A stretch of 63,782 bases of DNA, the filler included, from Intoshia linei (taxonomy: Eukaryota; Animalia; Orthonectida), in the NCBI GenBank assembly GCA_001642005.1. It is 4 parts of 4 records of this genome, joined end to end, with 100 filler letters (N's around TTAATTAATTAA, not from the genome) between each part and the next. Parts side by side here need not be neighbours in the genome. Positions count along the whole stretch, not along the records: positions 1 to 26,591 come from LWCA01000464.1; 3 more parts are not named here. One strand, written 5' to 3'. Positions 1 through 16,300 of the stretch are shown piece by piece. The notes beneath the pieces were generated by a model, which saw nothing but the letters and a program-made list of their open reading frames with translations, was not told the DNA's origin and ran no database searches. A program made the position numbers and the translations under genes. Numbering within the stretch: position 1 is the stretch's first letter; the number at the start of each line of letters is the position of its first letter.

Positions 1-299
1 TTTATTTTTTAATTTATTCAAATTGTACTTTTAACTAACAAAAATTAAATTAAAGAAAATTTAATATAAGAACAATAATTTTTAAATTTCGTTATTATAG
101 TGAAATGTATTATCAATCTGCCAAAAAATAGTTAAAAACTGTGGCCCTAATGAGCAGTTATTTGTTCAAAATTTATATTGGTACCGCCTTATTATGGTTT
201 GTATACAAACCAATGTAAATTTATGAATGTAGTTTTTGGCATCTATACATGCAATTGTCTCGTAAGGGTTAAAATCACTTGTTTCACTATGTAACTTTA

Positions 300-408
300 T
301 CAAAATTTAATTAGCTAATTGATATGCATAATATTAATATCAACATGCTTGTAATTACATATCGATAAACATAACAAAAATTAACTTTATTAACTTTTGG
401 CCGCCCTA
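300..408. mobile_element. Terminus of another TAGGGC-family hAT element (other end not seen)
   Basis: Ends ttttggccgcccta; homologous to 9460-9557 and to 9918-10015 (reverse complement). Confidence 0.75.
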
Positions 409-1165
409 GTTATAACATTGTACTTTATTAAACGATAATTGTAAACTCGTGAATGTCAGATACAAACAATAGCGTATTACATTTTAAAAATGAGAAAAGA
501 GTAAATTTACGTTATTTTAGTAGCTCATACGTTATTTTAATAACTCATACGTTATTTGTATAATACGTATTTGAGAAGATTTATGAAGATTTACGTAATT
601 TGTTCTGGGCATTTTTAAAAATACAAACTTCCATCTTGTTTTTATAATATTTGATAACTCCTGTTTTTAAAATAACATCCACAAATTTTGTCATTATTGC
701 ATTGAAATGTTTGTAATGTTTTTAAAGGAAGCTTTTGCAAATCAACTTAATTAAATTATAATATATTATATTATTATATTTAATTCACTTTTATATTGAG
801 AAAGATTAATTTCATCAAACTCCTCATGCGACATCAAAATCCAACATTTTCTTACTCTTTTTGTTGTATCTTGATTTGAATTCATGGGTAAAATTTAAAA
901 TTTAAATTTAATTTCTCATTGTTGAGTCAACAATTTAATTTTAATTTTGAATTTAAAATATTAAATTTAAAATGAGCATGAAAGAATGCGTGGCTTTAAG
1001 TAAATTACATTGTATGGAAAAAAATTTATTTTTATGTTTTTATAATTTTTTAAAATCGCCCCCACCCTAACTGAATTAATCGCCTCTGAAGGGCGATATC
1101 GCCCACTTTGGGAATCCCTCGTCTAAATTTTTTCTTAATTTAAATTGTAAAATTTTATATTTAGA

Positions 1166-5529
<4,364 letters not shown>

Positions 5530-5634
5530 AAATATAATATTTATTTAAATACACATTCCATTTTGTTTGTGTGCTTCACTTTTGTTCCACATTAATTTGT
5601 GCTAGAATTTAGATATTTATAAAAACAAGTCAGT

Positions 5635-8357
5635 ATGAAAAAGTATGGTGTAATTTTTTTGAGCATGGGTGGTCCAACGTCAATGAACAACGTGGATGAA
5701 TATTTATCCAACATTTTAAATGATAAAGATATTATGCGACTTCCCTTCAAAAAGTTTATTTTGTCAAAATTTGTGATTACTAAAATTATTTAGAGTTTTA
5801 ATACCTATTATTCTTAAAAAATTGTCAGCTAAATCTAAAAAGCAATATGTACAAATTGGTGGAAAGGATCCTATTAACGAGCTTACTTTTGATCAGGCCA
5901 GTAAAACTGAACAGGAACTGAAAAACGCTTTTTATGATTTGAAATGTTATGTTTCTTTCAGGTATTGTAGTCCCAGGATTATTGATGTTTTGAAGAATAT
6001 GAAGGAGTATCGTTTCTTTGTATTGGAATAATTTCATTTAGAGACGGGATAACTGATGCTATTGCATTTTCTCAATATCCTCAATATTCATATACTACGA
6101 GTGGGAGTAGTTTAAACGAATTGGCTGGCGTTTTGTTGGAATCAGAGTTTTCATTCAACTGGTCAGTTATTGACACATGGTGCAATAATGAATTTTATAT
6201 ACATGTAAGTTATAATAATTATATAATGGAAGGGTTTCCAATTTTTTTGTAAATTTCTAGATGACGGGAAATTTGTATATTATATTTTTCTCTTTATTAT
6301 ATATCTCATATTTGGTCAAACGTAAGTCTAGATAACCACTGATGTTGTAATAAACGACTATTTAGGCTTGGGTTGATATAATTCAAAAACATTTAAACAA
6401 ATTTAATGAAAAAGAAAGAAGTGACGTGTTGGTCGTTTTTTCTGCACACTCTGTTCCCATGAAGGTTTTTTTATTTTAAATTTAATTTAGTGTATGTGTA
6501 TTTTATTCATTATATATTTTAATTAATTGACATTCTTTTCATTTTGATTTCTTATGTTTATAGTGTATCTTGGTATTTTATAGGTATTGGTACAGTTAAA
6601 ATAGAAGTAATCGAAAACTAAGTGCTATTGTTTATTAATGAGCGTTATAATGAGGTAAGTAAACTTCAATTGATTGAGAATTTACTAAATGAAAGAGGAC
6701 TGCACGTAGTTAATAATAAATTCATTATTAATAATTAATTTTTAACACAATTGACCACAGATTACTATATCCTGATTTCTGGAATTGTATATAATTGTTT
6801 TATTTTACTTTAAATTTACTTTTTCAATAAAATTGTAATTATTTTTTAGCCGCATTTCCTAAATTAGGAATTTCTGATTCTGTATTAGACCGTTAAGTCC
6901 TTGATAATATTTTTTGACACTTACCTACAATTGTATAATTATATTTAATATTTATTATAATCAATCAAACTTATGTTTGCAAAACATTTTTGTAGGTTAG
7001 TAAATATTATATTGTAGTATATATAAGTAGACCCATGCATGCAGAGTAGGGTGTCCACTTTTGATTTTTTATTATTATTTATTGTTGCTATTTAAATCGA
7101 CGTTATTATAATTATAGACAATCTGCAATGGAGACCCATATGTCTACGAAATTGGTAGTACCGTTCATGATATTATTAAAAAATTACAATATACAACTAA
7201 GTGTGTAATTACGTGGCAGTCTGTTCATGGACCTTCCAAATGGTTGGAACCAAAAACTGAACATTACGTTAAAGAAATTCTGAAAGGATCGACTCATAAG
7301 CATATTTTGATTGTACCTATTGCTTTCACAACAGATCATGTAGAAACACTTTGTGAACTTGATATTGAAATGTTGAATGAAATTAATGGAACCGTTTTAT
7401 TTTTTTTATTTTTACTTTATATATTTTAGCTTCAAGAACCTCGTCTACATAGGGTGGATTCTTTAAATTCGCATCCGCTATTTATCAATGTAAATTTTAA
7501 AAACACTTGTGAAATACGAACACTAAATTTTTAGTTTTTTTATGTGTAATCAAAAAATTTATAGTTATGTGAATTATTACGTTTCTACATTCAAATGTAT
7601 TTTCTTATGTAAATACTTACATAATGATTTTGATAATCATCATTTTATGTTTATAGATCAGGGGTGCACAACCTTCGGCTTTACGGTTGTGAGAGCTTTT
7701 ATGTGCGACCGTGGACAACCCATGTCATCATAATGCAGTATATAATTTTACTTCAAATTCAAGGGAAATATTTTTATCAAAATGTTACATTTTTGACTTT
7801 GCCCACTTTCTCAAAATGGATTTAAACTCTCAATGTCAAATTAAATTTTGTGCGGCCGAAATATCAATGAGTAAAGTAGCTTTGCGGCTGAATTGATGGA
7901 AAGGTTGTGCACCCCTGTTATAGATTATGTGTTAAGGATTGTGGGTTGTATGACAAAAATGAAGATATTTGAGAAAATTAGATTGTTTCCATTGAGTTCA
8001 GTAAAATTTCTGTTTTCATTCATTTTTTGTGGATAGAGTAAACGTATTTATTTTTGGGCAGACAGGTCACAAGACAGGGTCGCTAAATGGGAAATATAGA
8101 CCTTGAATGACTCGAGAGAAGAGAACTTGAAATCATTTAACTGAAAGTTTGAACCGTCTATTATTAATATAAACTACAATTATTTAATATAGGCCTTGGC
8201 TAATATCGTGCAATTACATATACGAGACAGAAATTCTCCAAGTCTATTAAATCAAGCACATACATACAAACACGAGTGTGTATATTGTGAAAGTAATCGA
8301 TGCAAAAACAGATGTGATTTATTTCACGAAGAAGCTAAAAAATTTATCAATTTTTAA
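5635..8357 (+). CDS. FECH: Ferrochelatase, multi-exon
   Basis: MKKYGVIFLSMGGP; QYVQIGG.DPI; SFRYCSP; FSQYPQYSYTTSGSSLN; FSAHSVP (catalytic His); NGDPY; WQSVHGPSKWLEPKT; VPIAFTTDHVETLCELDIE; last exon ALANIVQLH...CVYCESNRCKNRC...NF*. Confidence 0.95.
7659..7917. mobile_element. hAT-type MITE (CAGGGG TIR) in FECH intron
   Basis: TIR caggggtgcacaacctt / aaggttgtgcacccctg; perfect 8-bp TSD ttatagat. Confidence 0.92.
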
Positions 8358-8828
8358 TTTATTATATTAGAATTTTTGTTAGTTAAAATGTGTAATAATT
8401 TATTTATAAAAAATATTAATCAATAAATAATGAAACTACGTGTAATTCTTTACTTATATAAAAATGAATGTCTGTGTATGTAACCATTTATTTAAAAAAC
8501 TGACAGTTGTAGAATTTAAAAACTCTAAATTCTAATAGAGTTTTTCCTAGAGCGTGTTTATATATATTTTTCAGTTTCCGAATTTGAATCCTTCATGGTC
8601 AAAAACCCAAATTTCCGTTTTTAATAAGCTAATCATCCTAAAAATGTAATAAAACCTACATTCTGGTACGCATTTGAAAATGATTAACATTATCGTGAAT
8701 CGCATCTTCAGAAACGCATAATTCATGGCATAACCACAAAATACCCTTTGTTTTAAAAATGAAACATGTTCTAAAATTTTATAAAACATTAACCATGGGA
8801 TAATTTTTAAAATCATAAGCATTATAAT

Positions 8829-9557
8829 TAGGGCAATTTTTTATTGACCTATAGAATAACAAAAAAACTGACCTTAAAATTTTTGTTTGTTTATATGGTT
8901 AACACCAACTGAATCTACGGTATCCCAAACCTTCCTTTCGTAGGCCTTAAATTAAATCAATACAATATTTAATATACTTTAGTTTTAATATTCGCATAGG
9001 CCCGATCATGATGGTGTCGGTCACTTTACATAATAAATTAATATGAATAGAACTTAAAATAAGGAATATTTATGCGTGTAATAATAAATATGAATAACAA
9101 GGAACTGCAAATGAAAAAAACGATGTAAATCTCATTGTGTGATGTTGAAAATTATTAATGTCTATTGTAGTACATAATATAATGTATAACATAATATACT
9201 TCTTAACATCATCTGGTAAAAATTGCCTCTGTTTAGTTAGCAATTTTTTTAACAAACTGAAACTCCGTTCAACACCATTTATGGTAGATGGCGTTTTTCT
9301 TAATAAATTGTATAGATAAGGTGGTATTTTTTCAATTTTATTGTTCATTATATCATAAATATCATTTTTTTAAGTCGAATATCCTTTAAAAAAAATATTG
9401 ACTTTATGGCATTTAAAAAAAACTTACTTTATGGCATTTATTGACTTTATAAATTGTTAATTAGCTAATTAATAAACATAATATTGATATAGTGATGCTT
9501 GTAATTTTGTGCTGATTATCATATAAAAATAGCATTTTGCCATAAAAAACCGCCCTA
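8829..9557 (-). mobile_element. hAT deletion derivative carrying a transposase C-terminal remnant
   Basis: TIR tagggcaatttttt / aaaaaaccgcccta; TSD attataat; ORF 9070-9348 contains PST...VERSFSLLK (hAT dimerisation-domain motif). Confidence 0.88.
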
Positions 9558-9917
9558 ATTATAATAAATGGCAACGTCAAAAAAGTTTATTTTCATAACC
9601 AAAACCCAAATTTCCCTTTTTTTAAAAAATAAAAATAGATTTAAAATTTGTAATTTATTTCATTTTGTTAAACTTATTAAATTTTATTCTTATTTACATG
9701 TAGTAGTCAATTGCCAATATGTATTATTCATATAGTCAAGATTTCTGAATCAATGTGATATAGCAGCTATCGGTAAAAGATTGTATACTATATTACAATA
9801 ATTTTTCATTAATCCAATTTCATGCGAAGAAAACCAACCAATTAAAAACGTTAGAAAAGGTGACAACTTACCAGCAAAGTTATAATTTTAAATTTCTGCC
9901 AAATTTAATGTGATAAT

Positions 9918-10170
9918 TAGGGCGACCAAAAGTTAATAAAGTTAAATTTTGTTATGTTTATCGGAATGAAATTACAAGCATTATGATATTAATATTATGC
10001 ATATAGTATTAATTGCAAAATAGAAATTTAAATTTGCCAATTTGAAGTTTCTATTTTTTAATTAGAAAGTTTTTATAGAAATTATAAAATTTTTATAGGT
10101 TAATAAAGTTACATCATTTTTTTACATAAGTTACAATTTTTTTATCTTATAAATTAAAAAAACCACCCTA
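9918..10170. mobile_element. hAT MITE, TAGGGC family
   Basis: Ends tagggcg / cacccta; TSD gtgataat; its first ~100 nt are the reverse complement of 310-408. Confidence 0.88.
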
Positions 10171-10373
10171 GTGATAATATATTCTTTGTATTTTTGGTGT
10201 GTATTGACCTCATCAATTTTTATCGTTGTCCGAATGGGTTATGTGCTGATGGTACGACACTTTTCTTATCTAGTAATTACAATAACAATGAGAATTATTA
10301 ACATCTTGTTTGGTAATACAATATAATGTCATAATAATAATAGTTTGGATTCCAAACTAAACGATTTTATTTT

Positions 10374-13300
10374 TTAATGACACAAGGTGACAATATAAAT
10401 CATGAAAGTTCCAAGTAAAAGTCCAACTATAATTCCTACCAATAAAAACACTGACATGAGCATAGTTGCTTCTTTTGTGTGTTTATCTTGAAATAATCTA
10501 AAATTATACAAAAGTTTTATCTAAACTAAAAATTAGTTTTTTTGAAAAACAAGAAATAAAAATAAATACAGTGTAATTTCATTAAATTATCACAAAACCA
10601 CAAAACTTGATTTGGAAACATTTTTAATTTCAATTGAAAGTATATTATTATTTTTAATTATAAACGTAAGGGTTTATACATACATTTTAAATTATAATTA
10701 CTTATACTCAAATGAAATTGATATACATACTGTATAATGTATAAAATGAAATATTGTACTTAATTGGAAAATATTTACTATTATCGGTTCATTTTGATTT
10801 TTTTTGATTATTATAAATTATAATTTATGTCAATAAAATAATAACAATAATCAAAGTCGTAGGATAATTTCCGTGATTTTATAATCTTAAAATAGATAAG
10901 TTTAACTTAAATATTACTGGAAATTGTAATTTCTTGGTAATGTTACCTTACTATCATCCTAAAATTTATAATTGTAAACTGATGAAAGTAAACAAATATT
11001 TTCTACCCATAATGGGGGTTCAGTGTATCATGATCAAGTATACTGCATACGACCTGCAGGCATTTTGTGTTACTGGAGTAAAGGGTTTTGTTATGTTGTT
11101 AACAAATTTTATTAAGTTTCACAATTTTAATGTAAATACAATAAAATAAAATGTAAAATTACTTTACAGATTTCATAAACAATACAGATGTCATAAAACT
11201 ATTCGTTAAGCCAGTGAATGCACATACAAATCCAAATAATCCATCAGAATTCAATATATTGTTGACGTTATTTCCGTAAATATCGGCAATGTTTGAGAAA
11301 ATAAAATATAAAATTAAAAGGAATCTAATTGTTACAAATAAAATTGCACAATTTTTTGTTATCTAGATATAAATTATTCATGTTTTTATTTATTGTATTT
11401 TATAAGAATCAGTCTAATATTTTGATACCAGTGGTTCATTTCGTTAAAAAGATGGGGACTAGGCCCTAGTCACACATCAACTATAATATACAGTTATTAA
11501 ATATTTAACGATTATTTGTTATACCTAGTATGGTCTTTTCATTGAATTTATATAATATTCATGACCCTAACAAAAATTTTTGTTACTTGAAAAAAAGTTA
11601 AATATACTATGTAAATAAAATAAATTTATTTTGTTGCGGGCACATGTAGATATCTAACCAATCAAATGTGTAAAACACTGCCTCATATAATTTATTTTTA
11701 CCTTGTTATAATAATTTGCCAACCATGATCCAACAATTGAAAATGTGGCAAAATTCAAATAAACAATATTTGTTTTAAAATATTCCGATTCTAATTATTG
11801 CCAATTAATAAATTATAAAACTCGTAGATATAATATATTCGATTTGGTGTTATAATTTATAATATTCATGTAGTGGGTTTATTTTCACTAAACCAGGAAT
11901 AGTTTACCTGAGTAATTTCGATAATTTTGGCTAATCGTATAAATAAATATTTTGAGTAAGTTATTTGTTAACCCTTTGGCTTTTTTTCAACTGAAATATA
12001 AATTTAATTTAAAATGTTTTTCAGTGACTCATTTTACTAATTAAAAATTTCTTTGGACATTTAATAAGTAATGTAAATAAATTTAATGTACCTTGGATTT
12101 TATAATTTAATGATACTTTTGTATTTTTTTTAAATTTTCAATAATTACGTTCGTTTTCATAGATTGGAGATTTTCTATAAACTAGCATGGCTGGAAATAT
12201 ACATAAAGTAACGACATACAACATAAACATTGCAATATAATAATCAAATCCCTATATTTCATAAAATGATAATATTATAATGACAGTGTCGACTTTATAA
12301 TGGACGAAAAGAAAGATTTTAAGGCGTACCCGTGTGTTAAATTTTGAATCAATTTTTATTTTATCGAAAATTAACTAATTCATTACATAATTATATTATA
12401 ATTATCTAGATTTCAACTAGTAGTCAGATTTCTAGAACCGACACTGCATGCCAATAATCAATATTACCTTTTCTAGTATGAATTTAAATTTTTTAAATAC
12501 GCCTTCAGTCGATGTATTTTGATTTTCATGTGTATCCACCAATTTATAATAGTGATAAATCTTCTATAATTATAATTATAGAATATATAATAATTAAATT
12601 TGATAAAAGTGATACATTTTAAAATTTTCAATGTAATAAATTTTAATTCTAATTTCTTTAAATTGCTCCATATGTACAATTTTACACAGGTAACATATTA
12701 CGTTATATTATTATGAAATATTTTAAAACATAATTTCTGGTCAAAATTAAAAACAAACCTAATAATAAAAAATAGTTAATTATATTTGGTAAATTTAATT
12801 TTTAATAATATAAATACATTTAAATGCCTTTTGCTTATTTATGAATGAAAATACAGTATAAATTTATAATTATTGTCGTATACCGTGTCGGTATTACCGA
12901 GTGCAAACAGAAGTAATATCTATATAAAAAATAATTAAATTACTGAGTGAATCATAATATTTAGTAAAATTGCTCCAATAATTAAAAGAATTAATGCAAA
13001 TAGGTAAAAGTACGTCTGCCGCCAAGAATCATCTTTTGATACTAAACAATTTGGTCATTTTTGGTATTTTTTATGCTGCACTACAGTCTGCAGTACACAG
13101 ACTCTGCACACGTTATCCAATATTTTAACAATTTAAACTTTAAATTTTAAAAATATTAATTTTTATTACTAAAAAAATCTATAACCTTTTGTTGCTATCA
13201 ATAACATGATGGTTGAAATAAATCCACTAATATTCTATAAAATATTTAATAAATTAGATAATTTTAAATTATCAAACATTTCCTAGGACGGCTCCATTGA

Positions 13301-16300
13301 CATATTTGTATGGAAATATACTAATTAAGCCATACAATGAATTTTGATATATGGCAGTAGCAACTATATTTTTAAATTGATATAAACATTTAATAAAAAC
13401 AATAAGTTACATCAGGCTGGTCCAAAGAGGGAGTCACCAAATTTCCAAATTAAATTTTTTCATCCTTACCCTTTGATTGGATCAGTCTGAATAAATTAAT
13501 AGTGCATTATAGACTAATATATTATATAATTAACTTAAATAAATATTTTACTCAGTACAAAAATAACTACATTACTTTATTGTTGGTACATTTCTTTGAT
13601 CCGTTAAAAATGTTTTCTACTAGTTTGACCGTAATTTTAATTTAAATATAAAAAAGTTTAGCATTCAATTCATTACTTTTTAACGTCAATATTAAAAATT
13701 ACCAAAATTGTACAACTTAATATGAATATTTAAAATAATAATATATATGAATATTTTAAGTCAAATTTACTGCTTGTAATGAAGGCCAAAGCTACATTTA
13801 AAGCAAAGAATAATGGTATCCCTAAAAAACTATAAGCATATCCATACAGAATTTTTAATACATTCCGAGGAATCCATTCTTGCCAATACAATCGATACAA
13901 TACAAAAAAATAGTATACCAACCATAGATCCCATAACTCTTTTATACAGTGATATTCTAAATTTCAATATGTATAATATACATTGTATATATACTGTAAA
14001 CCTTAAATATCACCCTAACCCAGGGATTACCAACCAGTGGCCCACAGAATAATTTTGGTGGCCCTTTGAGTAAATATGTAAATTATTTATTTTTAAATTT
14101 TTCAACTTTTGAACATTTTTCTACCATAATTGACTCATTTTAATCATTTTAAATTTGAATTTTCATATCGCGCTGAATATTATTTTGTTGAATATGCTAG
14201 AACCGTTTCTCTTCAGTTAAAATTGAAATTTATCATGTGTAAATTTTCAAAAACAGGCCCGTAGAATTTTTTGATAAAAAAGTGGCCCACGAGACGGAAC
14301 AAGTTGCCGATCTTTGCTTTAACCGAACGGTTCTGAAATTTAGTTCTGCTGACCACTACCGTTTCGCAGAGAACATTTAGTAAAGATATTTAGAAAGCAC
14401 CCAACAAATATAAAAAATTTTCTAATTTTTTATTGTCTTATGCGTCAAAATTTTTTAATCGTTTTTAAATACTTGACTATACAGTATATACTGACAAATA
14501 TGTAATCGAATACTGACAAAATAATTTTATTAATGATATTTTAATATTTATACTGACAATTTTTGTTGAAAATATTGATAAATAAAATAGTAGTCAATAA
14601 TAAATAAATATATGTAAATGTTTATAATGGATTATAGTAGCGTTATTCAAAGAAACGGATAGAGAGAAGCTATATTTAGATTTTTTTAATATTGTTCCAT
14701 AAAATAAATTTATAAGCAGATAAATTTCAACCTCATAAACTCACATCTTATAGGTCAAAAAGCTCACCTATCTTTTTTTTTCAAAATCAAACGAGTTGGA
14801 GAATTTAAAAAAATATACACTCTGATACGGATTTTAAAATCATAGATACATAATTGGTATTTTTAAGTATTTATTAAATTAATACTGAATATATATTATC
14901 ACATTGAAAATGACAAAATAGGTTTATTTTAATTTTATTTTTTCTAAAATTTTGCTATTTATAACAATTTTTAGGATTGGACTGTTTTTACTTTATTTTT
15001 AATATTATACACACACTAGCTTGGCAGTTTTGTACTACGTACAAACAGCACCTAGCTCTGCCGAGGGCACTCTTTTATTATACCAAAAAAAATAAATTCA
15101 CGTTGAAAATCTAACTTAAAAATTTTACTATTAACTATTATCAATCCTTTGTATTGTTTTGTTAACATTTGCGTAAAGAATTTAAAAACAATTGTTATCC
15201 CATTTTTATAATTTATTAGACAGAATGTGTGTAATATTAAAAATAAAGTAAAAATAGTCCAATCCTATAAAAATTGTCATAAATAGCATAAATTCCAAAA
15301 AAAATAAAATTATAAAAACATATTTTGTCATTTTCAATGTGATGACATATATTCAGTATCAATTTAATAAATACTTAAAAATACCAATTGTGTATAAATA
15401 ATTAATTGAATCTTCACTTTATAAATATTTCAGTCGAATTTTACCATTATTGCAAAGAATTGTAATATAAAAATGATTAATGTTAAAAATGTGTCCATAC
15501 TTTTGGCCTTTTTTATTATGATTGTTACTTTTTATTTTATCATTTTATGTGAAATTTGTAACAATTATCAATAAAAAAATAACATTTCAGTTAATATAAA
15601 TTTAATTTTATAAATTCGTTGCTGTAGTGTTAAAATTTGAAATTTAAAAATTGCGTAGCAATGAAAAAAACTCCGAAGGAATGAATTATATAGATTTTCA
15701 CCCATATGTCTTAATTGGAAATGTGTAGACGTACAATACACATTTGAAATTGTAGGATCAATATTTACATTTTCAATTTTTGATTTTAATCGAAATATTT
15801 GAAAAATATTGGTTAATAATATATTAAAAATTATTTTTCGCCGGGAATGCGTAGATTTCTGAGGTTAAAATTTGTATTTATATCAACTAGAATAAGCTTT
15901 ATCAGAATACTAAAATGCTTTTTTGACCGTGAAGTCGTCACTTTTGAAATTTTTTATGTGTGTTAACATGATAAAACTCTACCACCTGCAATTTTTTTGA
16001 AATTCTAGGGCTGTTTTCAAAAAAAAAAGAAAAAAAATTTGGGGTTTTGGCCATGAAGATATAATTTTTTTAAATATAAATTTATGATAATGTTTATGAT
16101 TTTAAAATCCGCATCAGCGTATATATTTTTTTAAATTCTCCAACTCGTTTGATTTTCAAAAGGAGGGACAACAGGGTGTAGGATAACAGGGATAAGTGTC
16201 AATAGTACGATTTTTAAGTAAGATTTTCAACGTCAATTTATTTTTGTAGAATAAAAATGTGCCCTCGGTAGAGTTAGGTGCTGTTTTTGCGTAGTACATA

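Noticed and set aside
9700-9897. Coding-looking minus-strand stretch (ITLLVKLSPFLTFLIGWF...)
   Set aside because: No coherent start or upstream exon and no recognisable motif.
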